Shown: positions 1 through 12,918, counted from the stretch's first letter. The stretch: DNA of 64,000 nt from Octopus bimaculoides (GCF_001194135.2 NC_068981.1:134389292-134453291), one strand, 5' to 3'. Notes: generated by a model not told the origin, from the letters alone. Translations and numbers: made by a program.

Positions 1-165
1 GGAGTAGTCAGACTTGTTCATCACCACTGTAGCATTTCCCTTGTCCGCTGGGAGTATTATGATAGAATTGTCTCTTTGTAGCCTTTTGATAGCGAACTTT
101 TCTTCCTTAGTGATGTTTGGTTTGGGAAGTTTCGCTTTTTCCAGTACCTGTCTCACCTTCCACCT
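1..165 (-). pseudogene. Penelope-like element (PLE) reverse transcriptase fragment, 5'-truncated, continues past window start
   Basis: Minus-strand translation RWKVRQVLEKAKLPKPNITKEEKFAIKRLQRDNSIIILPADKGNATVVMNKSDYS; IIxPADKGNxxVVM is the typical PLE pre-RT motif. Confidence 0.85.
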
Positions 166-335
166 AGTAATAATAATAATAATATAATAATAGTAACATC
201 GTTAGGAATGAGAGCCCAGGTTCGAAATTTCCCCAAGACACCTGATGAAGGCTGGAGGGTATATCAGCCGAAACGTCGTGTTAACAACAAACAAGATGAG
301 GACAAATATCCATCAAATGTAAATAATGTAAATAA
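166..335 (+). mobile_element. (TAA)n plus inverted Penelope terminal repeat (pLTR) containing a hammerhead motif
   Basis: Directly abuts the PLE RT fragment in opposite orientation and carries CTGATGA..GAAAC. Inverted pLTRs at truncated 5' ends are known for PLEs. Confidence 0.65.
237..282 (+). ncRNA. Minimal type I hammerhead ribozyme motif (PLE-type)
   Basis: GACAC(237-241) CTGATGA(242-248) A GGCTG-loop-CAGCC(250-269) GAAA C GTC(cleavage after 277) GTGTT(278-282). Stems I and II pair; helix III is reduced to the palindrome ACGT. Confidence 0.75.
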
Positions 336-1482
336 GTAAATTAAACTGTTGCATAGTACCTATTTTCAAAACTATAACATAGTTGAGATACAAATTTTGG
401 ATCATACTGTGAGTGCCAATGTTGTCTCTTTGGGTTGGTGGTGATAATTCTACCTTGCATTTCTGGAAAAAAAATTCAGAAAGCTCAATGTATGAATAAT
501 GTTCTTATGATATAAACATATAAAGCAACTGATATTGAGTACCATTGCTATTATTCTGTCTATCCAAATTTTTGCTTGGTTGATTGTAAGAGAGTTTGTT
601 CTGGTATTTCAGAAACTACTGAAGCTAAAATAAATTATTGTTTTGCTTTTTGTTTTACAAAACATTAATTCTTTTTTTAGTAAGTTATTTAGATATTAAG
701 TAAGCAAGCCAGCTGTAGTCAACATGCTGTCCTATGCAGTCTGTAGATTACATGTAAAGTATAATCAGCTGCACAAAAAATGTACAGCAGAAATACACTC
801 ATAATTACATGGCAACACAATTTCTTTTTGATATTGGTGGCTCCAGTAGTTAGAATTACAAAGTGTGAGCGTACATACAAATATTGACCACATATGCAGA
901 AAAGAATTTTCTATTGTTTATATTTGTGAACTTTGAGTAAAATATTTCTCCTGGTTATGTAACAAAATCAACAGGAGGCACTTGTTGAACATAATACTTG
1001 TAGTTTGACAATATTTTCTTAAAATAAGATTAAAATATTTTTATTATAAGACATACATAAAAATTATATATTAGGGAAAGGAAGAAAATGTAAAAAATAA
1101 ACTTAACTATTTTCATTAGCTTTTGAAATTTCATTTTGATTACGTTTTACATTGGTAATGTAAAACGACGGAGAAACTTAGCTTCAAATATCATTCCTTA
1201 TTTAAGAATTACTGAATTGTTCAATTTTTTTATTATCAGCTAATCTGAGAACTAGGAGCTAGAAAATACTTGTTTGATAATTGAACTTCAAACACTATTA
1301 ACTTCATTTTTTTTCTTTTTCTTCTTTCATATATAATGAAACTATTGAATTTTTCATGTAAACTGAATTTTAGGTATTGTAACTTATTTCTTTAGAATAA
1401 TATAAAACAAATCTCATTAACTGTTTTGTAATATTCACATCAACATATATAAAGACTACATATAAATTTAACACATTTGAAA

Positions 1483-1720
1483 ATCATCATCATCATTACT
1501 TAACATTCACTTTTCCATGCTTGCAAGGATCAGTCAGAATTCATTAAGGCTGGTTTTTCTATGCCCAAATGCCTTTCCTGTCATCAACCCTCACCTACAA
1601 AATAATCAAAGTAACATTTCTCCATGGCCAAATATCTTCTCAGAAAAGATTGAAAAAGAACACCATTGAAAAGATTGAAAATGAACACCATTGGTGGATG
1701 ACAGAGTACTTCTAAGTTCA
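1483..1720 (-). mobile_element. Old SINE 3' part with RTE-like (GAT)n tail
   Basis: catcatcat..ttaacattcacttttccatgcttgca..atgcctttcctgtcatcaaccctcacct matches the tail seen in many copies in the window. Confidence 0.6.
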
Positions 1721-1888
1721 GTTCCAGTTACTTGAGTAGTGTTCTTTGTGCAACATGTGGTCGAGCATTGTCTTGCAAGAGAATTGGTCTGTCTCTATTG
1801 ACCAAGTTTGGTTGTTTAATTGCAAGTTCGCTCATCATTTCATCTAATTGGTTGATGTATACATCTGCTGTAATTGACTTAGAGGTTT

Positions 1889-2253
1889 CATGAAGTGTAT
1901 ATATATATATATATATATNNNNNNNNNNNNNNNNNNNNNNNNNNNNNNNNNNNNNNNNNNNNNNNNNNNNNNNNNNNNNNNNNNNNNNNNNNNNNNNNNN
2001 NNNNNNNNNNNNNNNNNNNNNNNNNNNNNNNNNNNNNNNNNNNNNNNNNNNNNNNNNNNNNNNNNNNNNNNNNNNNNNNNNNNNNNNNNNNNNNNNNNNN
2101 NNNNNNNNNNNNNNNNNNNNNNNNNNNNNNNNNNNNNNNNNNNNNNNNNNNNNNNNNNNNNNNNNNNNNNNNNNNNNNNNNNNNNNNNNNNNNNNNNNNN
2201 NNNNNNNNNNNNNNNNNNNNNNNNNNNNNNNNNNNNNNNNNNNNNNNNNNNNN

Positions 2254-2329
<76 letters not shown>

Positions 2330-2350
2330 ATGTATATATATATGTATATA
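1889..2350. repeat. (TA)n microsatellite spanning an assembly gap (N 1919-2253)
   Basis: Direct observation; the YIYI/X ORFs here are artefacts. Confidence 0.95.
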
Positions 2351-2467
2351 TGTATTGAATATTTAACTTTGAACTTTTTGTATCTCTAGATCTAACATCT
2401 ATTTTAGATAAATATCTTTTATGTGCCTATTTAAGATACTTTTTGTCCTGCAACTGGCACCCATACC

Positions 2468-2630
2468 GGTGGCACTCTTGGAGTGGTTGACATTAGGAAG
2501 GAAGGGCATCCAGCTGTAGAGACCATGCCCAATCAGACTGGAGTCTGGTGCAGCCCCTCAGCTTACCAGCCCCGGTCAAACCATCCAACCCATGCTAGTA
2601 TTGTCAACAGATGCTAATTGATGATGATGA
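2468..2630 (+). mobile_element. RTE LINE 3' end fragment
   Basis: ggaagggcatccagctgtaga..ccaacccatgctag..gatgatgat, same tail as the RTE copies at 34630 and 41194. Confidence 0.7.
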
Positions 2631-2675
2631 TATATATACATATGCATGCATGCATCCATCTATCTATCATTTACA

Positions 2676-2869
2676 TATTTCATTCATTAGACTGCGGCCA
2701 TGCTGCCTTGGAGAATCTTGCTCAAATGAATCAACCCCATTACTTATTTTCTTTTTGAAGCTAGTGGTGTTCAATTGGTCTCTTTTACTGAACTGCTAGG
2801 TTATGGGAATGTAAATATCCCAAAACGGGTTGACAAAGTCATGCACACACACACACACACACGTATGTA

Positions 2870-2926
<57 letters not shown>

Positions 2927-3052
2927 TTAAAAATAGGATAAAATCTTTATAAGGATTTATCAAGTAGTTAGCATGAAAAACCTCATAAGGGAAAAAAATT
3001 ATTAATTATTCCCTTTAAATATATTTATTTATAGTTATGTATAGTAATGCCC

Positions 3053-3116
<64 letters not shown>

Positions 3117-3252
3117 GTGGGCTTCTTTCAGTTCCCATTTATCAAATCCTCTCACAAGGCTTTGGTCTGCCTGAGGTGCCATGCAGTGGGACTGAACTCA
3201 GAACCATGTGGTTAGGAGGCAAACTTCTTAGCACATAGCCATGCCTGCACCT
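2676..3252 (-). mobile_element. Degenerate tRNA-derived SINE pieces split by CA/TG/TA microsatellites
   Basis: 3' half at 2676-2860 and head at 3115-3252 are reverse complements of the SINE at 53141. Confidence 0.65.
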
Positions 3253-4689
3253 ATTGATTATTAATGGTATAAAGCTGTATATATATATTTATATATTTCA
3301 CTATGAGCATTTGGCTGTTGAATATATTATAATGACAGCTGCTGTGTACAGCATATTGCAAACATTATAAGAAAAGTAGTGTAAGATAAGATCTCATTCA
3401 TTTTGCTGCATGTAGCTGTAAGCTATCCTGGGCTCACTTCACTTTATTTCATTGCACACAACTAATAGGTCAGTTGTTCTTCAATAACCAATTCTCAAAA
3501 TCCTGCTTACAAAAGTGTGTTGAATTTAATAACCAGCAATTCTCATATTATCAAATAGCTGAAAATGTTTATATTTTTACTTCCTGCTGTGATCATGGTA
3601 GCCAAGTCATTTATATTCATTCTACATTATTCTTTGTTTTTTTTTATTATTTGACTCACATTTACTTCTTTACATAATGTACTTCTCCATCCACACTATC
3701 ATCCATTCTACAAATATGCTAGCTTCACTTCACTTTATATTGGAGGTTAATTTTTAAATAAATTGCTCTGATGGTCTGGTTAATCAAAGTATGTATTGGT
3801 TGTCCTTCTACTTTTCCCCCACTTTCATCAGTTCCCCTCTAGTCTGCTGATTTGCTGCTATACTCTAAATCTATCTAATACAAAGCTATATCTTTACCTT
3901 TGTTGAAATCCATTTTATCTTTACTTGTTTTGATTTATTTTTTTATTTATTCTCTCCCTGCACTTCTACACTCTGTATTATTATTGTTTACTCTCTCTTT
4001 CTCCCTCTGAATAGCTACTCTCCTGATAGCTTTATTAATATGCAATCATTTATATGTGCACTCTCTCAGAAGAGAACGTAATTGCTATTACCTCAATGAA
4101 TGTGTCTCATATAGTAGCTCGAGTTACTACAGATCACAAATGGTAAGTTTAGAGTTGAAGGGGACAGTTGAGCCCAGTAAAACAATTACTCTAGTGATGG
4201 TATCCTGATAAAACATTATGGGTACCATTTTTATGCCAGTTACTCTCTAGAAGACTAAACAAGTGATTAAAACCATCCTTCTAGAACTTGTTATATAATC
4301 AAAGTCTGCAATCCCAAAGTGGTTTGCCTATAGTCATCTTGAAATAGTACAGTCAAACAACACTGCACATACTTCCTGGAGGGTGTCACCTTTCATGGCA
4401 ATGCTTATAAGGCTACCATAACAAAAAGGGATGTCATCACACAGCAGTTAAACTGTCCTACCTTCCTACCAATGTGCTGATTCTTCTTTAGCAACTTTAT
4501 GTAATCACCTTATCCACCATTCTTCAACCAACATAATTATGTTGACAGCAAATCCATGGAAAAAGCCTTGATATTAGCTGGCTGCTTTGCCTTCAACTCT
4601 ATACTGCATGCATTTACAATTCCTTCCAAACTCTTCTCTCCACACTTTGGCTTCACCATCATGTATACATAGTTGCTTAGTTTGAAAAC

Positions 4690-5400
4690 GCCTAATTACT
4701 CCAAACCAGTAAAATGATTGCTCTCAACAATATCTTTTCCATCATCCTCAAACAGTGTTTCTCACAACTCTTCAATATTTCTCTTTCTACGAGAATTTAT
4801 CCAAATCTTTAGAATCACATCCCAGTGTGTCCACTCTCAAAGAAAGGAACCTCTCTGACTCAACAAACTAGCAAACTGTTGCATGACTTTCAACATCTCA
4901 GAACTTATGTAAACAGTTGATAGCAAACATACCCTTCCTTACTTCAAGGCTCCCTCCCCTGTCCTCCTCCTCTTCCTCTCTCTCTCATCAGATCTACTGG
5001 TCACTTCATCATGCACCAATGGTTGCTGGTTGTTTATCCTCAAGTGTCCTGATAAAGACAATATTATGACATCTGACATCAAAGTGGCATTTTGATATCA
5101 AGCACAAGTGCCAAACACAATCACTTTGATGTCTTGACACGAAGACATCAAAGACTTAGACTGTCTGCTACAAGAACTTCTTAGCTAAGTTACCCACCTA
5201 TGGTTTCACTTCCTGGATTAGACACTTACTTTAAGACTACTCAATTGTAGAGCATAATGAGAGAGTTAACTCTGTTCCACATTCTCATAGTCCACACCCT
5301 TAAATGCTGATGTGTTCCAATATTCAGTAATGTCTCCTACACTCTTCTTGTTGTACATTAAAGTTATACTTCTTAGCTTTTGCAATAACACTTGTAAATA
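4690..5400 (+). pseudogene. Highly decayed L2/CR1-group LINE reverse transcriptase relic
   Basis: Frameshifted translation gives LKQCFSQLFNISLST..YP..KKG.. and LAKLPTYGF..WI..LNA.V.Q.SVMSPTLFLLYI (GVPQGSVLSPTLFLLYIND-like). Confidence 0.6.
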
Positions 5401-5506
5401 TCATCTTCTCTTCTTTTTCCACACATCAAAAGCATAGCAGGTAGAAATGTGCTTACATTCTTATATATCCTTTTACAGCTGGGCTTTCTAACATTTAAAT
5501 TTATTA

Positions 5507-5908
5507 GGTGCAGGCATGGCTATGTGATTAAGAAGTTTCCTTCCCAACCAATGCTTCTGGATTCAATCCCACTGCATAACACCTTTAGCAAGTGTCTTCT
5601 ACTTTAGCACTGAGCTGGCCAAAATCGTATGAGTGAATTTGGTAGATGGAAACTGAAAGAAGAAACCTACTCTGTGTGTGTGTGTGTTCTTGCTTTTACA
5701 TTGTGTGATAGTTGTAGATGAGTATCACTGCTATACATGTAGTGTTATTCATTTCCAGTATTTTTTCTGACTGTGGGGAAATATTACTTTGCTTGAAACA
5801 GGTGATCGTTGGTGAGAGGAAGTGCGTCTTGCTGTAAAAACATCTGCATGAACAAATTCCATCTGATCCATGCAAGTATGGAAAAGTGTACATTAAAATG
5901 ATGATGAT
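5507..5908 (+). mobile_element. Full-length older tRNA-derived SINE with RTE-like tail
   Basis: Head ggtgcaggcatggctatgtgattaag..ttcaatcccactgca (A/B-box-like), internal TG repeat, tail ..atggaaaagtgtacattaaaatgatgatgat. Confidence 0.75.
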
Positions 5909-6514
5909 TGATGTGATGTATTTCAGTCCTTCTGAATTATGCTGTATTGTACATAAAAATATGCATGCACACATGTACAAGTGAAAAGAGCGTATGCTCT
6001 CATGTTTCCATTGAAAAAATGTTTGCAAGGTCATTGTCTCACAATTAATGGCTTTCTAATATCTAAATTTATTTCACTCCTGGTTTCCACTGTATTGTGT
6101 ATTAAACATACACCCACACAAACACAATTATTAGTTGGGAAAAAGAGACTATACTCTCATGTTCCTATTTAAAAATGTTCCCAGCAAATCACTTTCTAAT
6201 ATTAAAAATTTATTTCTGTCCTTCTGAGTCATCTTGTGTTATATATATAAAATATATATTGTTTAATTAATGATTAGTCATCAAAAGCAAAAATATGAAA
6301 GTAAGCTAATCCAAACTGGTCATAACTTAACTTATGACTGCTTTGTATAATATATGAATGTTCTATACGATTGATTGGAAGTTGGACACTTCTTCTCAGA
6401 GGAACAGTTTACAAGATGTGAAGCAAATGGGAGACTCTCCTTCTTTTTTCTGAATATCAAAAGCATACAAGAAATATGTTGACATTTTTATGTACACTTT
6501 CAAAGCTAAGCATT

Positions 6515-6559
<45 letters not shown>

Positions 6560-6622
6560 AACTTAGGCATGGAAGAGATAGTAACATGTGTGTGTGTGTG
6601 TATATATATGTATATATGTATA

Positions 6623-6675
<53 letters not shown>

Positions 6676-6694
6676 ATATATATGTATATATATA

Positions 6695-7218
6695 TTAGGT
6701 TGAGGAAAAAGTAGTGTTAAAATAATGCGCTGTGTTAAAATAATGCCTTTTTATATGATGCAACTTGATCGGGTCTACAATGCACTGGTTGAAAAGTACA
6801 CAAGACTTGTTTGTCAAAAACGTGCTTTGTTTCAACAAGACAATGCAAAGCTGCATACCGTCAGAACGATCAGCAATAAGTTTGAAAAAGTGGGCGGTGT
6901 GGAAGTTCTGCCACATCCAGTCTATAGTCCAGACGTTGCTCCATCTGACTACAGTCTCTTCTGATCAATGCAGCACTTTATGAAAAGTTGCCAATTTGAA
7001 TCATTTGATGAAGTTGAAGAAGCCTGTCAAGAATTTTTCAATTCAAAGCCAAAGGATTGGTACTTTAACCAAATCTGAAAGTATGCAGATCATTCATTGG
7101 TAGAAGGTCGTGGGAAATGATGGTCTTCATTTTGAAGAATAGTTGTTTTTGAATAAGTTCTTGCGAAAAAAAATCATCATTATTTTAACATGGCACACAG
7201 ACTTTTTCCTTAACTTAG
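6695..7218 (+). mobile_element. Internally deleted mariner with both TIRs and TA target duplication
   Basis: Left TIR ttaggttgaggaaaaagt..gtgttaaaataatg; right cattattttaacat..actttttccttaacttag; TA both sides. C-terminal transposase QQDNAKLH..LPHPVYSPDVAPSDYSLF (ORF 6725-6964). Confidence 0.85.
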
Positions 7219-8999
7219 TATTATATATATATATGTTACTATCTCTTCCATACCAATGTTCTAGTTTTATTGCCTGCAACCCACCCTCTGTTGTTTTCCC
7301 TTTGAAGGAAAACATTCTGCTAACAATCTCATTGGTCATTTGACTTGGCTTTTCCCACTTACCATTTTACTGTGGCCAAATTAGTGAGTCATTCAATTTT
7401 CTCCCTGCAGTGACATAAAAAACCACAGGTAACTGGACCTGAGGATTAACTGAACTGTTTTTGTATGTGTTACGAGTTATGTAAGACATAAAGTTTAGCT
7501 TTGGAATATATGTAGTCTTTATTTACCTTTTCTATTCTTTACATTCTTTGATTCATATATATATATATATGCATATTAATTGCTGATTGATGCGGTGGAG
7601 GTAAACCAGCATATGCTGTTGGACCCACTGCTGATGTTGGTGGTTGCGTTCTATGCCTTGACCTGAACATAGAATAGGGTTCAGCCCTTTAGGCTGGGAA
7701 ATGAATGGGATTCCTGGTGTGTGTCTTGCTGTGGCTACCTCCTCCTAAAAAAAAAATGGTGAATAGGCCTGGGTATATATATATATGTATTCATTGCTGA
7801 TATGATAAATAGCAAGTTTTTAATACTGTAATTGCTTTATAAGGAAAATCTGTTGTAGTCGTACAAGTTTTAGCTGATATTGTAAATGTATTAAGAAGGC
7901 AGTTAGCAGAAAAAGGAAATATGAGAGGGACAAGTTTTAACAAATATTTCATTAGTTTAATATTTACTGTTTATGTAATTTAACATGCAAGACTACTGTA
8001 AACAAATGCCTGTACAGTCTTTCTATGGACAGATAACTGAAAGCCTTTATGGTTTGCAATATGCGTCCCAAATAAGACCAAAACTGGTTGGAGTGATACT
8101 TCTTTATCTGCCCTGTGATTCTATAGATTTTATTTACATTTACATTTATTTACCCAGTGCATCAAATTACACACTCAGTGTCAGCTAAAAGTTGAAATAC
8201 TAAAATAGATATGCTCGAAAGTACAATTACAATATATATATATGTGTGTGTATGTGTGTGTGTATGTGTGTGTGTATAATTTCCATTACGATCAAGGACT
8301 TTTTTTTATCCAACTGCATACCATTATTTTGGAAAGTAATTACCCAATCAACTTTCAATGTTTATTTGATGGGTTGGTAATTATGAATACTTATAAGCAC
8401 TTATAAGTTAAAGATTATTGTGTTGTTCTGAAAATTCATGACTGTCTAATGAATGGTTACACAAAACTCTGAGTAACAGTTTGTGAAGTTCTTTTTAACT
8501 TTGATAAAATGTGTGTGTGTATGTGTGTGTATATAATGTGTGTGTATGTGTATATTCATACACTCATTCATACACAGATAAACATACACGTGAAGGAATT
8601 TATTAATTTCATCAAACAATTTATCTGATATTAGAAATACTTACTCAGAGAATGATAGCTTAAACAGCTGTGTATTCCGCTGACATGTGTCTCCTTAGAA
8701 TATTCCTTAGGCAAACTCAATATGATATTGGCTGGCAAGGTTGGGCTGCCAAATCACAAGCACAGTCGACGCTTTCCATTTCCTTCACAGGGCTTGGTTT
8801 CACCTAAAATTATGGTAGGAAAGATTTACACCAGGTGCCACGTAGAAAGATGGAAACTGCAAGTATGTGATTGCAAGCTGAACTTTTTTACAACACAGAC
8901 AGATGCTCAAATACATACATATATTCATACATATAAATGTACACACATACGTACACACATATGTACACATGCATGCACACTCCTGATAAGAGAATGCTG

Positions 9000-9550
9000 A
9001 ACTGGAGCTTAGAAATGATGTGAAGAATTGCAAAACATATTGTTACTTAGGAAACATGTTCAATGGTGAAGGTGGCTTGGACATGGTGATGGTGGCTAGA
9101 CTGAGATGAAATCCTAGGAATTGAGCTGCATACTAAGAAGAGTGTTGTTCAGACTGAAAGGAAAAGTGTGTTGTGTATCTGTGTGAAGAGAGCTATGATT
9201 TATAACATTGAATGTGGAATAACGGAGAAGCCTGGAAAGAATGGAAATGAGAATGTGTCAGAGAATGAGCAGTGGATTATTGACAAAGAGAAAGACAAAT
9301 GATGAAAATATAGCCAGAGATAGATACTATGAAAAGAAATGGGATGAAATGGCTAAGTCATGTGCTGCAGAATGGCAGTGACTGGAGGAGTGGAGTAATG
9401 AAAATGAACATGGAAAGGGGTAGAGGAAGAAACAGACTGAGAAAGCTGTGAGTAAAGAAGAGGAGGGCAAAGAGGATGTAGAAGATAAGGCAAAATGAAG
9501 ATGATTTTTGAGACCCACAATGCTAACCTTTGTTTTAGCAAGGAAAATAG
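9000..9550 (+). pseudogene. Decayed RTE LINE C-terminal coding relic
   Basis: Broken translation YCYLGNMFNGEGG..RLKGK..ERMEMRMC..MKWLSHVL..GRGR; purine-rich sense strand. Confidence 0.55.
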
Positions 9551-9998
9551 ACTTGTACTGTTTTTTGCTTCCATTTTTGTTATACATGCTTCCATTTTTG
9601 CTTCCATTTTTGCAACATAGCCCGCTGGCTATAAATTGTTTTCAACGCTTTTGTGTTGAATATCCTGGTGCCAATTTAATCTTGGTGAGCCAGTCAGGAT
9701 GCTTCTATATAATCATGGATTTTTTAATTGAACAGCAGTATTTCCCTAATCAAACCACTTGGAATATTTAAAACAAGAACTTTGAATCTTAAATCTGAAG
9801 CACATGTCTGCTCTTACATATAAGACGTATTACTATCTCCCCTCACATACATATGCACATGCACACACACACAAACCTTTCATGCATCCTCTAATGAAAA
9901 AAGACAAGTTTTTCTTTGGTAATTAAATCACATGCCATTTACTTATTGGAAATACTCATTACTTTCCTAAACAACCTCATATTTATTAGTTTCTTTTA

Positions 9999-9999
9999 T

Positions 10000-10046
<47 letters not shown>
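9999..10046. repeat. (TAC)n microsatellite
   Basis: Direct observation; gives the poly-Tyr artefact ORF. Confidence 0.95.
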
Positions 10047-10049
<3 letters not shown>

Positions 10050-10398
10050 TTTTTGTTTTGAACATCACAAATATATTATCTGCAATAAGAAAACTCAAAT
10101 AAATTGCCACAACTTGGTTCTAGAAAGCGAACCATAGCTGATGCACATAATTTTATGTGAATAAGAAATTAAAGCCTGGTGAATTTTTAATATTTTTTTT
10201 TCCTTGTAGAAAATTGAGCAACAATTAGGCTATAAATACATAATGCTGTATCAAAATGCTTGACTTGTTATAAAGGATCCCTTTGTATATGTCTTACTTA
10301 TTACCTATGTGTTTATACAACAAAAGATAATCTGTGTTAATATGAAACATCATAAATTGATTCTGGAGCAATTAAACATTAAAAAGTTGATGTAGTTG

Positions 10399-10560
10399 CA
10401 GACATGGCTGTGTGGTTAAGAAGCCCACTTTGTAACTCCATGGTTTTGGGTTTAGTCCCATGGTGCAGCACCTTGGACAAGTGTTTTCTACTAATACCAT
10501 GTGAATGAATTTGTTAGACAGAAACTGCATGAAAGCCTTGTGTGTGTGTGTGTGTGTGCG
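10399..10560 (+). mobile_element. tRNA-derived SINE head
   Basis: catggctgtgtggttaagaag..gggtttagtcccatggtgcagcaccttggacaagtg. Confidence 0.7.
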
Positions 10561-10596
10561 TGTGTAAGTGTGTGTGTCTGTCTGTGTGAGTGTATG

Positions 10597-10627
<31 letters not shown>

Positions 10628-10828
10628 NNNNNNNNNNNNNNNNNNNNNNNNNNNNNNNNNNNNNNNNNNNNNNNNNNNNNNNNNNNNNNNNNNNNNNNNN
10701 NNNNNNNNNNNNNNNNNNNNNNNNNNNNNNNNNNNNNNNNNNNNNNNNNNNNNNNNNNNNNNNNNNNNNNNNNNNNNNNNNNNNNNNNNNNNNNNNNNNN
10801 NNNNNNNNNNNNNNNNNNNNNNNNNNNG

Positions 10829-11090
10829 CAGGGGATGGTGGTGAACCCTGCTGTACTCTTTCACCAAAACTTTCTCTCACTCTTACTTCCTGTTTCTGTT
10901 GTGCCTGTATTTCAAAGGGTTAGCCTTGTCACACTGTGTCACGCTGAATATCCCCGAGAACTACGTTAAGGGTACATGTGTCTGTGGAGTGCTCAGCCAC
11001 TTGCATGTTAATTTCACGAGCAGGCTGTTCCGTTGATTGGATCAACTGGAACCCTTGACGTCGTAAGCAACGGAGTGCCAACAAACACTC
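10829..11090 (+). mobile_element. tRNA-Arg-like SINE, 3' two-thirds (5' part in gap)
   Basis: Near-identical to 28783-29031 of the complete copy. Confidence 0.85.
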
Positions 11091-11395
11091 CTTGTGCAGA
11101 GTCTGACCACCTCCTGTACCTACACCTTAGAACCACCATGGTGTCTGATGTGGCTTTTTTAAACCAGACAATGTTTTGAAAAGACACCCACATAGATTGC
11201 ATATCTGATTTCGACCATCAAGAGCTGCAGTTAAGTTCTGATCTTTGTGGATCTTAAAATGTCTTTTGAGGCCTCCGTTAGATTTGCCGACCTTATGGCA
11301 TGCATGGCATTGAAAAGTGTGCACAGATATATAGGCAGAATAGCTGGTGGAAGTTCGTTTTCCATGGGTCTGCAAATGAGATTTGTATACATGAG
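11091..11395 (-). pseudogene. C2H2 zinc-finger array relic, probably the C-terminus of an RTE-type LINE
   Basis: KSHLQTHG..FQCHACHKVGKSNGGLKRHFKIH..ICNLCGCLFKTLSGLK[fs]SHIRHHGGSKV*; two complete CxxC-12-HxxxH fingers plus the end of a third. Confidence 0.6.
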
Positions 11396-12597
11396 TGTGT
11401 GTGTATATGTATTTGTGTATATATGTATGTATTTATATATGTGTATATATGTATGTGTTTATATATGTGTGTGTGTGTGTATGTGTGTGTATGCATATGT
11501 TTGTATGTACATATGTGTGTTTGTTCCCTACCACCAATGCTTAACAACTGGTGTTAACTTGATTATATCACTGTCACTTAGTTACAGGGTTGTAAAACAA
11601 CCTGATAAATTTTTTTTAAATAAGCACTAAAGTCAATTTCTTCAGGTAAACATTTCAAAATAGTGCCCCAGCATGGTCGCAGTCCAAAGACAAAAACAAA
11701 TAAAAGAAGATAGAAAATTCTACTGCTGTTGCATATGTTGCTCTTTGTAAACAAACATAAATTTATTGATTTACTTGAGTTGTTATTTGCATTAACATAT
11801 TTATGGTGTGAGAAAATTGGGAAGTTTCCTTCCTTCCAGATAATTAAATTACAATTACTGTGAAATAAAATAAAATACTATTATAAATATGAGGAATAAA
11901 AGAATAAAAAGAATATCTCAGTTGAATGTTATTATATTAACATAAAATTTTAATACTTTCAAAATATTTAAAATCAAAACTGCCAATGAGTGATAAGGTA
12001 CAAAACTACAAGCCTTTTTATCCTGTGATTGGAAAGATAATGATTAAGACTATTTGATAAATGATTAAGGCAATGAGCTGGCAGAATCGTTAGCATGCCA
12101 GCAGCACTGGATTAACCATTAAGTAAAACAAACATGTGCTTAAAGCATCACTGTAAGTGGATACTACAGAAATGGTAAATGGTTTACGGTACAAAAAAAA
12201 ATCACTTTAAACTTGCTAAAATAATATTCGAGGTGCCTTATCTCTACTTAGTCGTGAAGTAGATGTGTTACATGAGATTAATTTTCAGGAGCTGATCAAA
12301 GACAGCAATTTAAAAAAAGTGAGAGAAAACTAAGGCAATGCTTAAAATTTTTAAAAAATATATTGAGAAACTGAATTTTCTGTTTTCCTCTATATATACT
12401 ATCCATCATCATCTATCCATCCATACATAAATGCATATATACATACATACATATATATCTATAAATGTTATGTTATAATTGAAGGATTACATTAAATTAA
12501 AGGATTACTCAATACATTTGGTGAAATACAAATTTATAATTCTTTAACTGTCGATATTATTCTTGTTTAAGCGTTGTATGTGTATGTGTATACATAA

Positions 12598-12918
12598 AGG
12601 TATGCTTGTGTGGTAAGAAGTTTGCTTCCCAACCACATAATTTCAGGTTCAGTCCCATGGCATGCCACCTTCTCCCATTCCCTGGGTAACTAAAGGCTTG
12701 TGAGTCAATTTGGTAGATGGAAACTGAAAGATCCCATCATGTATGTAAGTATTTATGTATGTATGTTTGTGTGTATGTCATTATTCAGTTTATTTCAAGA
12801 TTTCTTGCCAATAGAGTAAGAACCGGTTTCTAACCTAGATCCAAGGTTCCTTCATTGGAATTTCAACATCAACAACAGGGTATTTTTGTTTGTTTTTTTG
12901 TTTGTTTGTTTGTTTGTT

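Noticed and set aside
1143-1167. Perfect 11-bp hairpin cgttttacatt-ggt-aatgtaaaacg
   Set aside because: AT-rich and isolated, with no CTRR end or other element context.
12814-12865. Hammerhead-like string on the minus strand (ccaatga agg aacct-tggatct-aggtt a gaaa ccggtt)
   Set aside because: Core reads CCAAUGA, altering two invariant positions, and no helix I is evident; a plain foldback explains it as well.
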